From assembly GCA_051362555.1 (NCBI GenBank), contig CM120640.1, positions 56,026,788-56,090,787 of the forward strand: 64,000 nt of DNA. The letters run 5' to 3'. Both the position numbers and the translations under genes were made by a program. This DNA comes from Lingula anatina. Its lineage: Eukaryota > Animalia > Brachiopoda. The notes beneath the pieces are model-generated. The model was not told the DNA's origin. It ran no database searches and saw only the letters and a program-made list of their open reading frames with translations. Numbering within the stretch: the first letter of the stretch is position 1; every line of letters starts with the position of its first letter. Shown in pieces: positions 26,821 to 40,640 of this stretch.

Positions 26821-28648
26821 TTAGAATTGCATTTCATGTGGGTACTGCCTGTTTTTCAAGGAGAACATGGCTCCCAAGTACCCAAAGAGCAGCTTCTTGT
26901 CCGGACTCTGTCGGATGGCATCCAGAACTTGCTTGTCAACATCCACTTGATCTTTCTTACGTTCTTCACTGACAGCATACACCTAAAAACCAAGAGGCAG
27001 TTGTAAATCCAAAAACTTGCAGATAGTTAGATTACCCCCCCCCCCCCTTCCCTGGTTTCATAATATAATCATCGAGGGTGGTGGATATGTACACTTCAAA
27101 TTGGACAAAATGGATTAAACCGAGGAAAGTACAAACTGAAATAATTGCCCTCTTATTAAGAAAAAACTAGCAAAGAACAAAAAAATCTTTATTATATTTG
27201 GAGGAGCAAGAGGATGGGTTAAAATGGTAAAATCTAAATTTTGTTCTTTCATCCTTATTTTAAATTCAGATATCCTATTTTATATCACTATCAAAGGAGT
27301 AATAGAAAAAAAAATGAACATTTACCTCTTTTTGTGTGTCAAAGATCTCTCCCTCTGTGTGTTTAGGCTTTTTCAGCTTCTTCCTTCTGAAGTATTCGTC
27401 ATTGATGTTGTCCGGGATTTTGACCTTGCTGATGTCAATCTTGGTCTTGGTGGCAATGACGTACACCTGGTTGATGCGCCTCAGAGGGCAGCCATTTATA
27501 TGGTATGGTCCTGTTAAATAGGAGTCGACATAAGATTTTAAACACATGCAAAACTTTGTGGGCTGAAAGTCTACTAAAATTGGTAAATACATCCTGTAAG
27601 TGTTTTTCACAGTTACACATATTCTAACCTTGAAAAGTAAATTCTATTGTAAGTAATTTCATGTAAAATAAGTTTGTAGATCTAAAATCAAGCATTACAT
27701 AAAGGTGCACTGGGCTTCTTAGGCATGTTTATTTATCGACATCCAAATAATTACCTGTAACAAGAAGCAGACCAGAACCAAGCTGCTTGAGGAAAACCAC
27801 TCTCTGCAAATATATAAACTTAAAATTACAAAAAAAATATCTTCAGAATAATTAATTTGCCTTATTCAAAAAGATTACAAACCTTGGGATAGAAGACGCA
27901 CCATAAAGATTGCCCAAATACATTTAAACAGTTGAAGCAAAGTAAAATTAAGCTCTATGATACATTTAATGATTATCACGTTACAGAAGAAAGCTTCATA
28001 GATTAGTGAGTTCTGTATATGGCCTAAAGATTTCACACCTTTCCCTTTTGCCTGCCTGCAAGCAGAATTAAGACTGTGCCAGGAGTAATGGAAGATCTCA
28101 ACTTTCTCTTGTGCTGGCTGAAGGCATTCTTCCTGGTCTTCAGCTTGCGTGGTCTATCCTCAGTTGGGTAGAAACGGGGCTGGAAAAAAAGATGCAGTAC
28201 TGTACTGAAAGATTTACCAATCCATAAAAGTGAAACCCCAAGTGTTAAGAGAGAAATATACTGCATGTTGTTCTGGCATGTGACTTAGCAATTACACTCA
28301 TCCTTACAAACAGAAAGTTTTCTAATAATGACTGAGATATGTCTGAAATCACAAAAAGCTTACCTTGGCTTTATTGATTGTCAAAAATAGTACAAAATAG
28401 TAAAACATTTTGGTACAACTCACCATTCTTGTCACGCGGACAGTTCTAGTGCCTCCATTTTTGTCACCCCCAATCTGTTTCTTGACCATACGAGTTTCAC
28501 TCTTTGCTTTATCAGTTCTCTTCTGGCCTGGCTTGGCAAACTTATACACGGCCTTCTTCTTGTACATTCTGGCGCTGGAGAAGCGCATGATGCCACTCCC
28601 GCCCAATTCATAATTGCGGGGCTTACGGGGTTTCTTGTCAGTTCCCAT
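26821..28648 (-). CDS. RPL6: 60S ribosomal protein L6 (eL6), multi-exon
   Basis: [24 protein letters not shown]...RFYPTED...[65 protein letters not shown]...YPHEMQF*. Confidence 0.97.
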
Positions 28649-29044
28649 CTATGAAAATGTAATAACAATGCAAAACATCAACTGAAAGATGAAATAAAAT
28701 ATGAAATAAAATACGATGATAAAATATCTACTAATTACGATACTTTGACTGCGATCATATTTAGTATTCACTTTAATGTTTACGGGGACTAAAGTCTTGT
28801 TATAGTTGATCCAGCTTCACCCCATGGGCGCAGACATGTTGACCGAACATATCATTTGTATACCAACACTGTAAATTATACCCAAAACCAGTGAACTTGG
28901 ACTTAGATTCATATAATAACCAAGTAGCTGTATAAAATATAGATATATGTTTTTTATTTATCTATTTGAAAAAACGATGGTCATTGCAACAGTGAGATTT
29001 TCATGGATTTACATCAGCTAACTTCATCGTATTGCCATACTCAC

Positions 29045-29066
29045 ATTGGCCCACAAGTAAAAAGAT
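29045..29066 (-). promoter_or_regulatory. RPL6 TCT/5'TOP initiator and ~20 nt non-coding exon 1
   Basis: Minus strand reads tCTTTTTACttgtgggccaat|gtgagt: a pyrimidine start tract typical of ribosomal protein genes followed by a consensus donor. Confidence 0.75.
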
Positions 29067-29930
29067 AGACCATACGGGCACTTGTTGGAACAACAACTAT
29101 GATGACGTAAAAATGTACACATAAAAGTATGACGATTACACACTGGGACACAGAGCGTGGTAGGTTTGACGCTGTTGTCATAAGTATTTTGTTTAGCTAA
29201 TGAAATTATGCCCAGTACCTTTGTTTTTTCATTTTATAATTGCAGCTTATAGAGGTGCGTTTCCTTAAAAATGAAAAATAAGATAAAGAGATGCATACTA
29301 TTAACAAAAAGAATGGCATGCCAAATGATTGCCTCTTAACCAGACAAATGCCACCACATATTTTCAAATACAGTAGTATAACTTCAAGAAACACCGCAGG
29401 GTTTTGTTTTGTTATTTCCAAAAAAATGATATTTGAACAGACACAATTTGATATAACCTAGCACGAAATTCATGCTATAAACAATTCTGATATGTACTGG
29501 CTGTGCTAACACATGAAAGCAAAGGCCTCAAAAAGTGTGTAATAAAAGCCAGTTGCAGAACCAGCCATGGTGCCAGAGCTCTCAAATTATTATCTTACCC
29601 TTCATCTTCTCAACTCGCATACTCCTGTAAAGTCAACCAGTTTTCCCATCAACAGAGCTGTGAGTGAGTTAATATCCATCTACTTGTTCCTTTTAACCTC
29701 TTTTTTTTTTTTTTTTTTTTTTTACATTTGAAAGAAGCTGGTAGTAGTGATTTATACAGGGAGTCTATAGGCTTGCTTTGTATGTAAGCTACCTCTTCAT
29801 TTGAGAGGTTTCATGTACCAGAGTAATTCCTCACTGCTCAGTGGAAAGTACTGCGTGAGAAACTATCATCATGAGTTATATTTTTGTGTGTTTTAATTTG
29901 AGATATTTTTCCAGATTTGGTGATTATAAC

Positions 29931-32900
29931 ATGATGCCTGTTGCACAAGATGGTCAAGGTAAATAGAATGAAATTAGGAATTAATATAAATTTTCTTGTG
30001 GTAAAATGTCATATTTAATCAAAAACGGACAGTAACTGAGCAAAGGCACAAAATTTTGCCTGGCTGTCTTCAATTCCACTAGCATGTGGCATGGGACTAC
30101 CGTAGTTCTTATAGCCATAGACTGGTAAACTATGTTAATTTGTGTCTAAAAACATGTCATACTTTTTATAATGAAGTTGATACCATTGTTCAAAAAATGT
30201 GTTTCAAATTAAAGAAGTAGATTTGGAGGTCTTTTACCGGTAAAGTTGGTATGTCTGAAGTTCTATATGTAAGCTTAACTTGATATTGTACTTGTTGGTA
30301 TAAGTGTTTTGCAAACCCATTAATTTAGATGCATTTAAGCTTATATCAGATCAACTTGAGGATACTGTAAACATTTGCCAAATGCTCCTTATTTACTGCC
30401 TTACGTGTACATTCTTTTGGATAACATATAAATGACTAAATTAATTAATATTTACAGGCATGTCATCTTACAGGTGACATCATAATTCAATTTTGGGGTG
30501 AAAATTGAAAAATCGGGTTCTCAAATTTCTCCTTTACTCGAGTTTTTTTATAACGTCATCATTAATTCTTTTCTTGTCATCATAACGATAGTCTATTGCA
30601 TAAGTCTAAAACATCATGAATTAAAATCATTATAAATTTATGAGAAATTTTTTAAAGAAATTTCAATAGCCATGACGTAATTTCAGATCCTAATTCAACA
30701 CCTGAAGTAGACTACAAGCAGAAATACAGGGTTCTGAAGAGGAAACTTAAGTATCTGATTTTTGTAAGTACTCAAATTAGTTGAAAATAGCTGTGATGAT
30801 AGACAATAATGTGCTTGGAATAAAAATCACTTTCTTTTTTTTCTTTTAACTTTTAGTATGTTCCTTTTTCAGGAACAGGAGTGTTTTACAGAAGAATTAA
30901 GAAAAGCACAAAGGAAACTACTGAAAGTTTCAAGAGATAAAAGGTATATGTATTGCCTGTTAGTTTTCTTTTTACAGTATTTTTTTTCTTTTTTGAAAGA
31001 CCTGTAAGTTGTATGTTTTGATAGATTGAATGAGATTTACATGCTGTTGTCTTATTCAAATTCTGTTTGAAATATGTTTATGTATTGTACCACCAGTGTC
31101 TAAATTAAAAGGGAACAATCGCAGCCAAAATAGGTGGCCAGCAGGTTTTCCCCTTAATCCATGGGTGCATATTATATTTCATTAATGTGCACAGATATAT
31201 GTACCCTGGGGGTGGTTGATTCTAAATTCTTATGACATTGTAATTTTCACTATCTCCTCTTAGACCATTGCAGATAGGAAACTGAAACTTTTGGAATTGG
31301 TAGACCCATCATCAGGGATGTGCATGGGTACTTTGGAATTTTAGTGCCACAGGGTGATGGACTTTCCCCGGGGGATGGTTGATTCTAAATTCTTTTCACA
31401 CTGTAATTTCTGCTATCTGCCCTAGACCATTAGAGTCAGGAAGTTGAAACTTTAGTGATTTGTATACCCATCATCAGAGAGGTGCATGGGCACTTAAGAA
31501 TTTTAGTGCAACAGAGGGTTGGGCTGTACCCTGGGAGGTGGTTGATTCTAAATTCTTATGACATTGTAATTTCTGCTATCTGCTCCTAGACCATCGCAGG
31601 TAGGAAGTTGAAACTTTGGGAATTGGTAGACCCATCTTCAGGGATGTGCATGGACACTTTGGAATTTTAGTGCAACCGGGGGTTGGGCTGTCCCCAGGGG
31701 TTGGTTGATTCTGAATTCTTTTCACATTGTAGTTTCTGCTATTTTCTCCTAGACCATTGCAGGTAGGAAGTTGAAACTTGATTAGTATACCCATCATCAG
31801 AGATGTGCATGGGCACTTTTGAATTTTAGTGCAACAGGGGGTTGGGCTGTCCCTGGGGGTTGGTTGATTCTAAATTCTTTTCACATTGTATATATATATA
31901 TATATATACATATTTTTAAATACCTTTGGATGAAGCAGTGATGTGTGTGTATGTGTGTGTGTACGTGTGTGTATACGTGCTTGTGGTAAGTGGTCCCTAG
32001 GGGTGAGGTGCTCTTGATAATATGGGGAAGTGTGGGGATATGCGATGGCTACCCATCAACACCATCTAGTTATGTATGTGTCATGATCGGCCATTATATA
32101 CCAAATTTGAAATTATTTTTATCTCAGTGTGTTATTATTTGATGTGTCTAACCCAATCTGTAGTAAATGCCAAGATTTGATCCTAAAGTTGTTTCTTGCT
32201 TTCAGTTTTCTTTTGGACAGACTTCTACAGTATGAAAAGCTTGAAGACTCCTCTAGTGAGTCAGAAGTAGTGTCCACTGATGATGAAGGTGGAGGGAAGG
32301 AGGGCAGCAGTAAAAAGTAAATAAAAACTAAAAAAAATTCAGTATGCACCTAGATAGAGAATAGCATGGTAAAACTAGAATTACCACTATACATTAAATG
32401 ACAACTATTTATGACTTATAATTGAATTAGTTGCATGATTTAATGTACAGACCCTGCGTCTGTTCATGTAGCCTTTACCTTTGTCTGTCTCCATTGGTGT
32501 TACCGTCACTGTGCACTTGTCACTGTTTAACAAAATAAATGGAAAATCTTGTGACTTATTTTCCTCAAACTTATCTGAGTGATTAATAGAATTGACATAC
32601 AAAGGTAGCGTTGATGAGCAAAAAAAAGTTTTTTTCTTTTTTTTTTGAGTACTGGTTTTGTGAATTCTTTTTTTCACACATAAGCATGTTTAAGGTAACT
32701 TTGAACTCCCAAAGGCCTGAAGGCCTGTGCTGGTAACATTTTGTGAATGTCCACATTGTCGGTAACACAGAAAAGAAATAAGTGGTGATGATGCTGTCAA
32801 GTACTGTATAATATTTATTAAAAATTGACAAAAACCTTTTTTGTGGTCTGTCATCATTGATGCATTAAATGGATAACTGTGTGACATATTATTTGCTGTT

Positions 32901-35705
32901 TGGTGTCTGTATATTTGCCATCTTTGCTGTATACTTATTCCTGTCTGTGGTTTGTGGATTGAACGAATTGAATGTCAAATCTGACATCAAGACATTATTA
33001 CAGGAAAAAGTCCAACTCCTCTCTTGGAACAGAGGCCAGTGCTATGTTAAGTGGTATGGCAAGTTTGAGTGGTATAGTGCCCCAGACCTCTCTCATGGTA
33101 AATATGTCGCACTTTGTATATAATGTATATTTCTAAGTATTATATTTAGGCAATAATTGTTTAAGATTTTTATTGATAAGAAGATTCTTTTTTCCTAATT
33201 TCTTAGATGATTTTCCTCTTTTATCTAAATGAATTGTTATAGTGTATAAAGCATACTATTAACTACTCTGTATGATATCATTTTTTTTTATTTGATGTTA
33301 CTTTAAGGCATCATCATCTTATTCTGAACCACCAAAGAAAAAAGCAAAAACGGCAAAGAAAGTAGCCAGGCCAGGTAAGTTCCTTCATTTTAGCTAATTA
33401 TGACATCATGTAATGTTGAGATAACTAAACAGATAACTAGTCACTGTTTTGACATTCTGAAGTTAGTGATGCATGGGGATTAAATGGAGGTAAGTGATTA
33501 AAATGGTCCAGGTTATGTTTTTAAATTTACCTCGCTTAGGTACTAGGTGGTTTTTGCTTTCTTTAAAATGTATTACTCGGATGATTTTGGGCATCTGAAA
33601 AACAAACATTACTTTTCTTTGAAACTAGTTGGATTTATCTCAACTACTAAAATGCACTTTAATATTGACAAAATACTGACAGAATACTTATTTAAAAGTA
33701 ATGCCTTTTTTTGTGATTTTTAACTTGATTTTACCTCATGTAGGTTCTAGTTTCGTTTGTCAGCTTCAGGTTGCTTGTACTTGCACGTTTACATTTAAAA
33801 AGAAAGGTACTTTGGCCAGTCATATTTTTCCTCATCAATCATAATTTGTATAGAATGAGCAATTTCCTACATGAAGTACCCAAAAGCAGTTTCAGTTTGG
33901 GTAATTTGTTCTATATAGTTATTATAGTCTCAGAACCAGAAAAATGAGCCAAATTGAGATTTCGTAGTTCTGTTATGTCCATTTATAGCTCAGACTGGTA
34001 AAGGATCAAAGCCCAGGCAGACGCAAGCACAAAAAGATAGCACAGCTGCAAAAAAAGATGATCAAAATTTATCTGGTTCCATGAGTCGAGAAGAGATAGA
34101 ACGGCATCTTGATTCCAGACCTGCAAAGCCGTCATTCATGGTCATTGAAAAGCCATCCTTGAATATGCCTTTGGACATATTTAGCAATGAAAATTCAAAT
34201 CCAGACAGGCAAGTTTTTGAAAGAAGTTTCTTTTTAGATTTCTTTAAAAGCTTCTAACATATTAAAGCAACATAATCCTCAGCTTCATTAGTACCACCAG
34301 CGTGTACGCTGGCGGTACTCATGGTTTTAGTCCCGACCCGTATCGTACGGCTCCGCCGGCTCCGTGAGCTCCGCCGGCTCTGCAGGGTGGCGTGGCATAC
34401 AAGTCACCGTTACCGCTTCTCCTCCTAGACCACACGGACCTGTGTCCCCATCTCTTGGATTTAGGTCACATATAATCTCAACTTGAACCCCCTGGTTTTT
34501 TTGTCTCAGTCGGTGCATTCCCTTGGGCGTGGCACTCGATGAAATGCACCCTTGTCAAATTTTTTGAAAATTCAATGCTATATATCTCCTAAACGGAAGG
34601 AATTATGGGAAAAATTAGTATAGATGTCTGACCGAAAGTCATATATGAGGATTTCAAATATGCTTTCGGATTTGACCTTTGACCTTTTTTTCAAGGTCAA
34701 ACAGGCCAAAATTTTCTAAAAATGGGAATTTTTTGCAAAAAAACTTTTATTTGTGCCAAATTTCAGAAACTACACAGAGTTTAGCACTCATATTATAGTG
34801 AGGGGATGCAATTAGGGACTCCTTTCATCTTTGGGAGTTTGGGTTCAATCGGTGCATTTTCATGGGAGAAACGGCCATAAGATGCCAAAACTGAAAACTC
34901 CCTAATTCTGGAACCGTAAATGCTAGAGACCTCTTGTTTTTTGCATTATGTAGAGCTTGTCAAGTGCAATACTGAAGGTGGTGTCCATTTTTTTGTTTGC
35001 GATACGTTCAAGGAGTTGCGCTATATCAAAAAGCACAACTGAGCAATATTCAGTGGTGAAAATAAAATGTGAAATACTCCAAAAGTAGCTGAGATACACC
35101 AATAGTTACTATTGAACTTGAATAGGAAGTCATATACTGGCAATCTAACTGTGACCTTGAAATTGACCTTTGACCTACTTTTCACCATGAACTGAACTTT
35201 GCAATTTTTCCATCCCTTATATCACCAAAACTAGCAGAGATACGCCCATAGTTTCTATTGAACTTGAATAGGAAGTCATATACTGACAATCTAACTGTGA
35301 CCTTGAAATTGACCTTTGACTTACTTTTCACCATGCACTGAACTTGAAAATTGGCTTGATCAGACGATTTTTATAAAAGTTGTGATTTTTTTTTTTTTTT
35401 TTTTTCTTGGGGGGAAGGGGTATATTTCTTGTCTTGTTTATTGCATTTTGAAGAGCTTGTCAAACACAACACTGGTGGTTGTTCCTGTTTGTTTTTGGTT
35501 TTCCATACGAATGCGCTTACTCCAGCTGGTGGTACAATATCCGGAGGCGGTATCGCCTCTCTGATCCTCTAGTTACTTATGGATACCTGTATGTTGACTG
35601 CATTTTCCAATTTTTATTCAAATTTATTTTATTAAAATTATTTTTTACAGTGAGAGTATGGACACAGAAAATAGCCGTGACTTAGTTATTGACACAAATC
35701 CTTGA
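29931..35705 (+). CDS. INO80E: INO80 complex subunit E (multi-exon)
   Basis: Small exons join to [70 protein letters not shown]...RDLVIDTNP*, matching the conserved INO80E N-terminal coiled coil and C-terminal DLVID motif. Confidence 0.92.
30163..30323 (+). repeat. Second copy of the ~155 bp segment at 22350-22506
   Basis: Near-identical sequence with a small insertion (ttaccggtaaagttgg vs ttaccaagttgg). Confidence 0.95.
31084..32070 (+). mobile_element. Helentron-associated (HINE-like) element carrying a 163 bp tandem array (~4.2 copies, ~31205-31890)
   Basis: TTGATTCT(A/G)AATTCTT recurs at 31216, 31379, 31542, 31705 and 31864. TA/TG microsatellites follow; the element ends in gatggctacccatc...catctagtt. 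Confidence 0.7.
34288..35574 (+). mobile_element. Helentron-associated (HINE/DINE-1-like) element in the last INO80E intron
   Basis: 5' stem gtaccaccagcg-tgta-cgctggcggtac, 3' sub-TIR gctggtggtac (~35525), 3' hairpin gaggcggtatcgcctc, CTAGTT end. Internal ~147 bp direct repeat (~35100 and ~35247) with gaccttga motifs. Confidence 0.8.
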
Positions 35706-37141
35706 AGAAATTGATCCAAAACCGTTGTATAAAAGTTAAGGAGTGATATTAAGCGTGTGTCAGTTCTTTTGACTATGGCAATGACTGGACACTTTGGAGA
35801 CTACATTAGCAGAGGTCATAATGTTAATTTAAGTAAAGAAAAGTACCAAGCGTTGACCATTTTATCAGAATTGTGGATAAGGTTGTGATGTTTCAGCTCC
35901 ATGTCCAATTCATCTCAGTCTTTAGTTTAAAGGTATCACAAATTGTATGATGCATTCAGGTCAAAATTATGGAAATATAAATTTTTTCATCATTTTCATT
36001 TATCATGGCTTTGTATTTGTTGATTTACATGCACTTGAATTTGCAGCTGAAAAATATAAACAACTAGAACTTGCTTTACTTATCCATCTTTCTACTATTA
36101 GAAACCATTAATCTGAGCTCATTAGCGCTCAGTCATGATTACCACTCAATTAGAAGTACATAGATGTAAAAAATTAAATACACATGTAAAAAACAATTTG
36201 GGTACTTTCACCTACATTTTTTATATTTAAATATGTACTGTTTTGTTAAGCATGTCACCAACAATTTCAAAAGAAATATACATGATGTATTGTTTTTGCT
36301 TGCATGAGAAAAGACGTTGGAAGCCTGACACAGCACAAGATGTCCTGATCATAAAAACTATGGTTATTCACTATTCCTTAATACTTGTATTTCATTAGCA
36401 TCTACAAGCAAAACACTTAGTGTTTGGGACTGACCAAAAAACTTTTCATTCCCTTAATTTCATCTCAGATTATTCAATCCAGATTTGTAAGAAACATGTT
36501 CCATTCCTGTAATTGGGTCACACCATTGAAATAAAACATCAGTGATGGCACAAAAAGATATTAAACAAAGACATTTAAAGAAAGTTACTCTACAATTACT
36601 TTTAGGCAAAATGGAGGCCAAAAGTTTGATATAAATTAAAAATACACGCAAAAGAAAAAAAGATTTTCTACCTCCTTTCTAAAACGACACTAAAACGCAT
36701 GCAGAGTAACTTTCTAAATATCGATCCCGCTGATTTTTTTAAACTGCTTGCATTTTTTGGAAAAAAAAAAGTGCAGAAGATTTAAAGTAAAACAAAAAAT
36801 ATAATTGGCATTTATGGGGTGATAAAAGGTGTTGGACAGCGACAGAGGTAATCAAAGTAACCTACTAGAGAGAAGGAATGACTAAGGAATGGAACACACG
36901 ACTTTGATAATTAAACATGCCTGTGCTGCAGTTTTGATATTGGAGCTGTGCAAAAATGTCCTGTGCATGTCTATAAATCATGTACAAAAAAAAAAAAAAC
37001 ATTAATTTGTTTACACATTTATATAGCTAATAAAACCAGTTTGATGTTAAAAAGGTCATTACAATTACAAATATACAACAAATATACAACATTTACAAAA
37101 AGAAAAAAACACTATCATTCCCTGATACTTTTTTGCATGTT

Positions 37142-40100
37142 TCAACTAGTCTTTAATCGTTTTGATGTTCTTGGTGAAGTGTTCAGATTGCTGCTGTTCC
37201 TAGATTCGGTATTATTATTCTTTTGAGTTTCATCATGGCTACCCTGAACAGAATCGATGACAAAAAAAGTTGTATTATTGGAACTATTTTCGGATTCTGT
37301 AACTGTAATTTCATCCAGATTCCTTGTGTCAATATCATTGGATGCAGATATCATAAGTGTCCTTTGTCCATCTGACGTGGTGTCTTGATTGGCTTCTGAT
37401 GCCCCAAATGTGACAGTCACAGTATTTTCTGATGCTGCATGCAGTTGTGAAGTGAACTCCCGTTTTACTTCTGCCAGTTGTTGGTGCAGTAACTCTTGAT
37501 GCTGGTTCTGTAGGTTTGTGATCATATCTTGAATTTTATCATCTAAAGAAACACTCAACTGACCAAGAAGTTCTTGCTCACGTCGCTGGTACATTACGAC
37601 TTCTTGAGACTGCATCTGAATCTGACACAAAGAAAAAGGCTTTTAAATGCAACTTAAAGATCAATTTATATTACATCAGAACACATTCAAAGATAAAATG
37701 TTACCAAGAATTAACATTCATTTCCAGAAAAAACAAGGCAGCAAAGCTGTCAAATGTACAGACAAAAAGCAGGAATTAAATAGGCTACTGTCAATTCTGA
37801 TGCAAAAGTACATTATGTTAAACTGCAAATTCAACATCAAATTTTTATTATGCTCAACAGGTAATACCAATGTAAGTAAAATGTGTAACAAGCTTCAGGC
37901 CCATGTGAGTTCAAGTTCACACTTTGAAAATGTATAACTTCCAGAAAAAGAAGTCGATTAGACTGCTTTTCATACTCAGGCTGCATTTTAGTCCTGTATT
38001 TCTTTTTTGAAAGTTTGGCAATCATAAGTAACATGGTTTTCCCATAATGGTCATCATGGCAGCAGCACCCAAAATTGTGTTTTCTTCTATTCTGATGCAA
38101 TATTACATAATGGTTAACAGCATAATGACCATCAATTTTTAATAATAAAATATACGTATCATGGATTTTCAGAAAATGTGACTAGCATGGGTCTTCAGGC
38201 CCATGGAACTTCAAAGTCACAACTTGAAAATGCCAAAATGTAAACAAGACAGCACTGTTCTGAAATGTTTTTTTTTTTTTTACATTTTTAACAATTTTTT
38301 AACATAAAACAAAATTAACAGTTTACTGCCATTTTTATATGATCAACTAAAAAAATTAATGAGATGGGAATTATATCAATAAAACAGTGTTAAATGTCCA
38401 ATTTCTTCCATTCTGAGATTCTGAACATGGTGAATGTTTGAATCTGACAAACCGCAATGATATGAGTTTATTTCCATTTTTGAAACTTTATAACACAATA
38501 CACGATAACAAGTATACCATTATTTTTACAAAATCAACTAACAATGTTCTAAAGATGCAGGAAATGTCAAACAAACACTTTTACATATCTTATTAATTAA
38601 ATAATGAGACTGTTAACATGCCTAAGAATTGAATCTGAGGAAATGTGAAAAAACAGCACAACTTCTAAAAAAATGGCCCGATTATGCCGATTTTCAAACT
38701 CAACCTGCGTTTTAGCAGGATTGATCACTCCTACGAGTTTAATGACACTTGGCCAATCTGTTTTTCTTATATTGTGTTTACAGTGTTGCATATATGCTGA
38801 AAAGTGAAAAAAAAAGCAGAACTACTAAAATGGTGGCCCCATTATGCTGATTTTCGAACTCAACCTGCGTTTTAGCAGGATTGATCACTCCTGTGAGTTT
38901 AATGACAATTGGCCAATCTGTTTTTCTTATATTGTGTTTACAGTGTTGCATATATGCTGAAAAGTGAAAAAAAAAGCAGAACTACTAAAATGGTGGCCCC
39001 ATTATGCTGATTTTCGAACTCAACCTGCATTGTAGCAAGATTGATCACTCCTGTGAGTTTAATGACAATTGGCCAATCTGTTTTTCTTATATTGTGTTTA
39101 CAGTGTTGCATATATGCTGAAAAGTGAAAAAACAGCATAACTTCTACAATAATGGCCTGATCATGCTGATTTTCGAACTTGATCTGCGTTTTATGAATAT
39201 TTATCAGCTCTGTAAATATAAAGCCAAAAAGTAAAACTGCCTTCCACTTATCGTGTTTACAATGAAAGTGCACGGTGACGGCATCGGCGACGACGGCGAT
39301 GACAGACGCAGGTGATGGCAATATGTACAGACACATCTGTGTCTGTACATAAAAATTGAATGTGCATAAACTTTCCTTCAAACGAACATTATAAGCAACC
39401 AAATGCAATTTTAATGCAATGTAGCTACAAATTTTCATTCAAATTATATAATTTACCTGCATCTTGAGCTGTTGTATCTCTGATCTCAATGCCTGCTCTA
39501 TGTGTGTCTTTTCAAACTTCAGCTGCTCATTTTTTTGTTTAAGTTGTTCCACCTGTTGTTGTAAAAAGGACCCATCTCCCTGACTGCCATTCAACTGAAA
39601 TTTTACAATAAAATATTAAGTACTACATAACACTTGATTAGGAATAATAAATTTCATTACAATGTTGTTTTCAAAATCTTTGCTTGACAATTCAACTGAA
39701 AAACAGTTTTGACTGATGTGACCTACCCCCACCTGATACTTTATAATTAATTATCACTGTCATGTTTGTTTTATTCTAGCCTTGTACCAGACTAGTGAAA
39801 CAAAGTGAGCTGTATTTGTTTTCAATATTTAAAGACAGCATTATAACAAACCTGTGTCGCATATGAATTAGAATCTGCTTCTTGGTTTGTGTCCAGTGGT
39901 TCTTCTTGAATGATCACAATGTGTGGGTCAGAGGTCCCCACAGTTTCGTTTGCAGCTACTGCCACTTGGACCTCACCTTCATTTGAATTTTTTCCATTGG
40001 CAATGCTGACATTGGATGGGCTCAAGAGGCCTTAAATATGTAGGTTTACTATGTTTATTTTAAGGTAACATGACCTTAAAGCTTGCTTCTGCCAACAAAT

Positions 40101-40582
40101 TTTATGAGAAATACAGGGTGCCCCCCCCCCCCCCCTCCAAAAAAACAGAACCCGTAAAAATTTAATAAAATCCTAGAGAAGTCCATCAAATTTCAAGAAA
40201 TTTGCAGGACTTCAACTTTAATAAACAAAATTACTGCTTTACAAAAGTGATAAAAAATAATCATCCAAGTTATGAATTTCACAAACAGTCCTCACCATTC
40301 CCTGGTGTATTTGTAATCACAGTCTCAGTAAACACTGGGTGAACAGCAAGTTCATCCCCTGCAGTCACAGTGGCATGGATTGTGTCTGCTGCCTGCTGGC
40401 TCTCTTGGTTCATGTTCATCATTTGGTTTACCTCCTAAAATAGATATAAAAGTGAGTCACCAAGCCGTGTCTTTGAAAGTGTTTCTATAGAAGTATACTT
40501 ATAATAGCTCAAAAAGAAAAACAACAATAATTATCAATTGTATGCAAAAGTGATTATTCTGATCCCTATTTGACTCTTACTT

Positions 40583-40640
<58 letters not shown>

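Noticed and set aside
31205-31890. Regularly spaced repeats resembling a CRISPR array (also 38640-39260)
   Set aside because: The whole 160-163 bp units are homologous, there are no unique spacers or cas genes, and the context is a eukaryotic intron.
38938-39438. 166-aa minus-strand ORF
   Set aside because: It runs through the 160 bp tandem array of a HINE-like element inside an intron; no protein motif.
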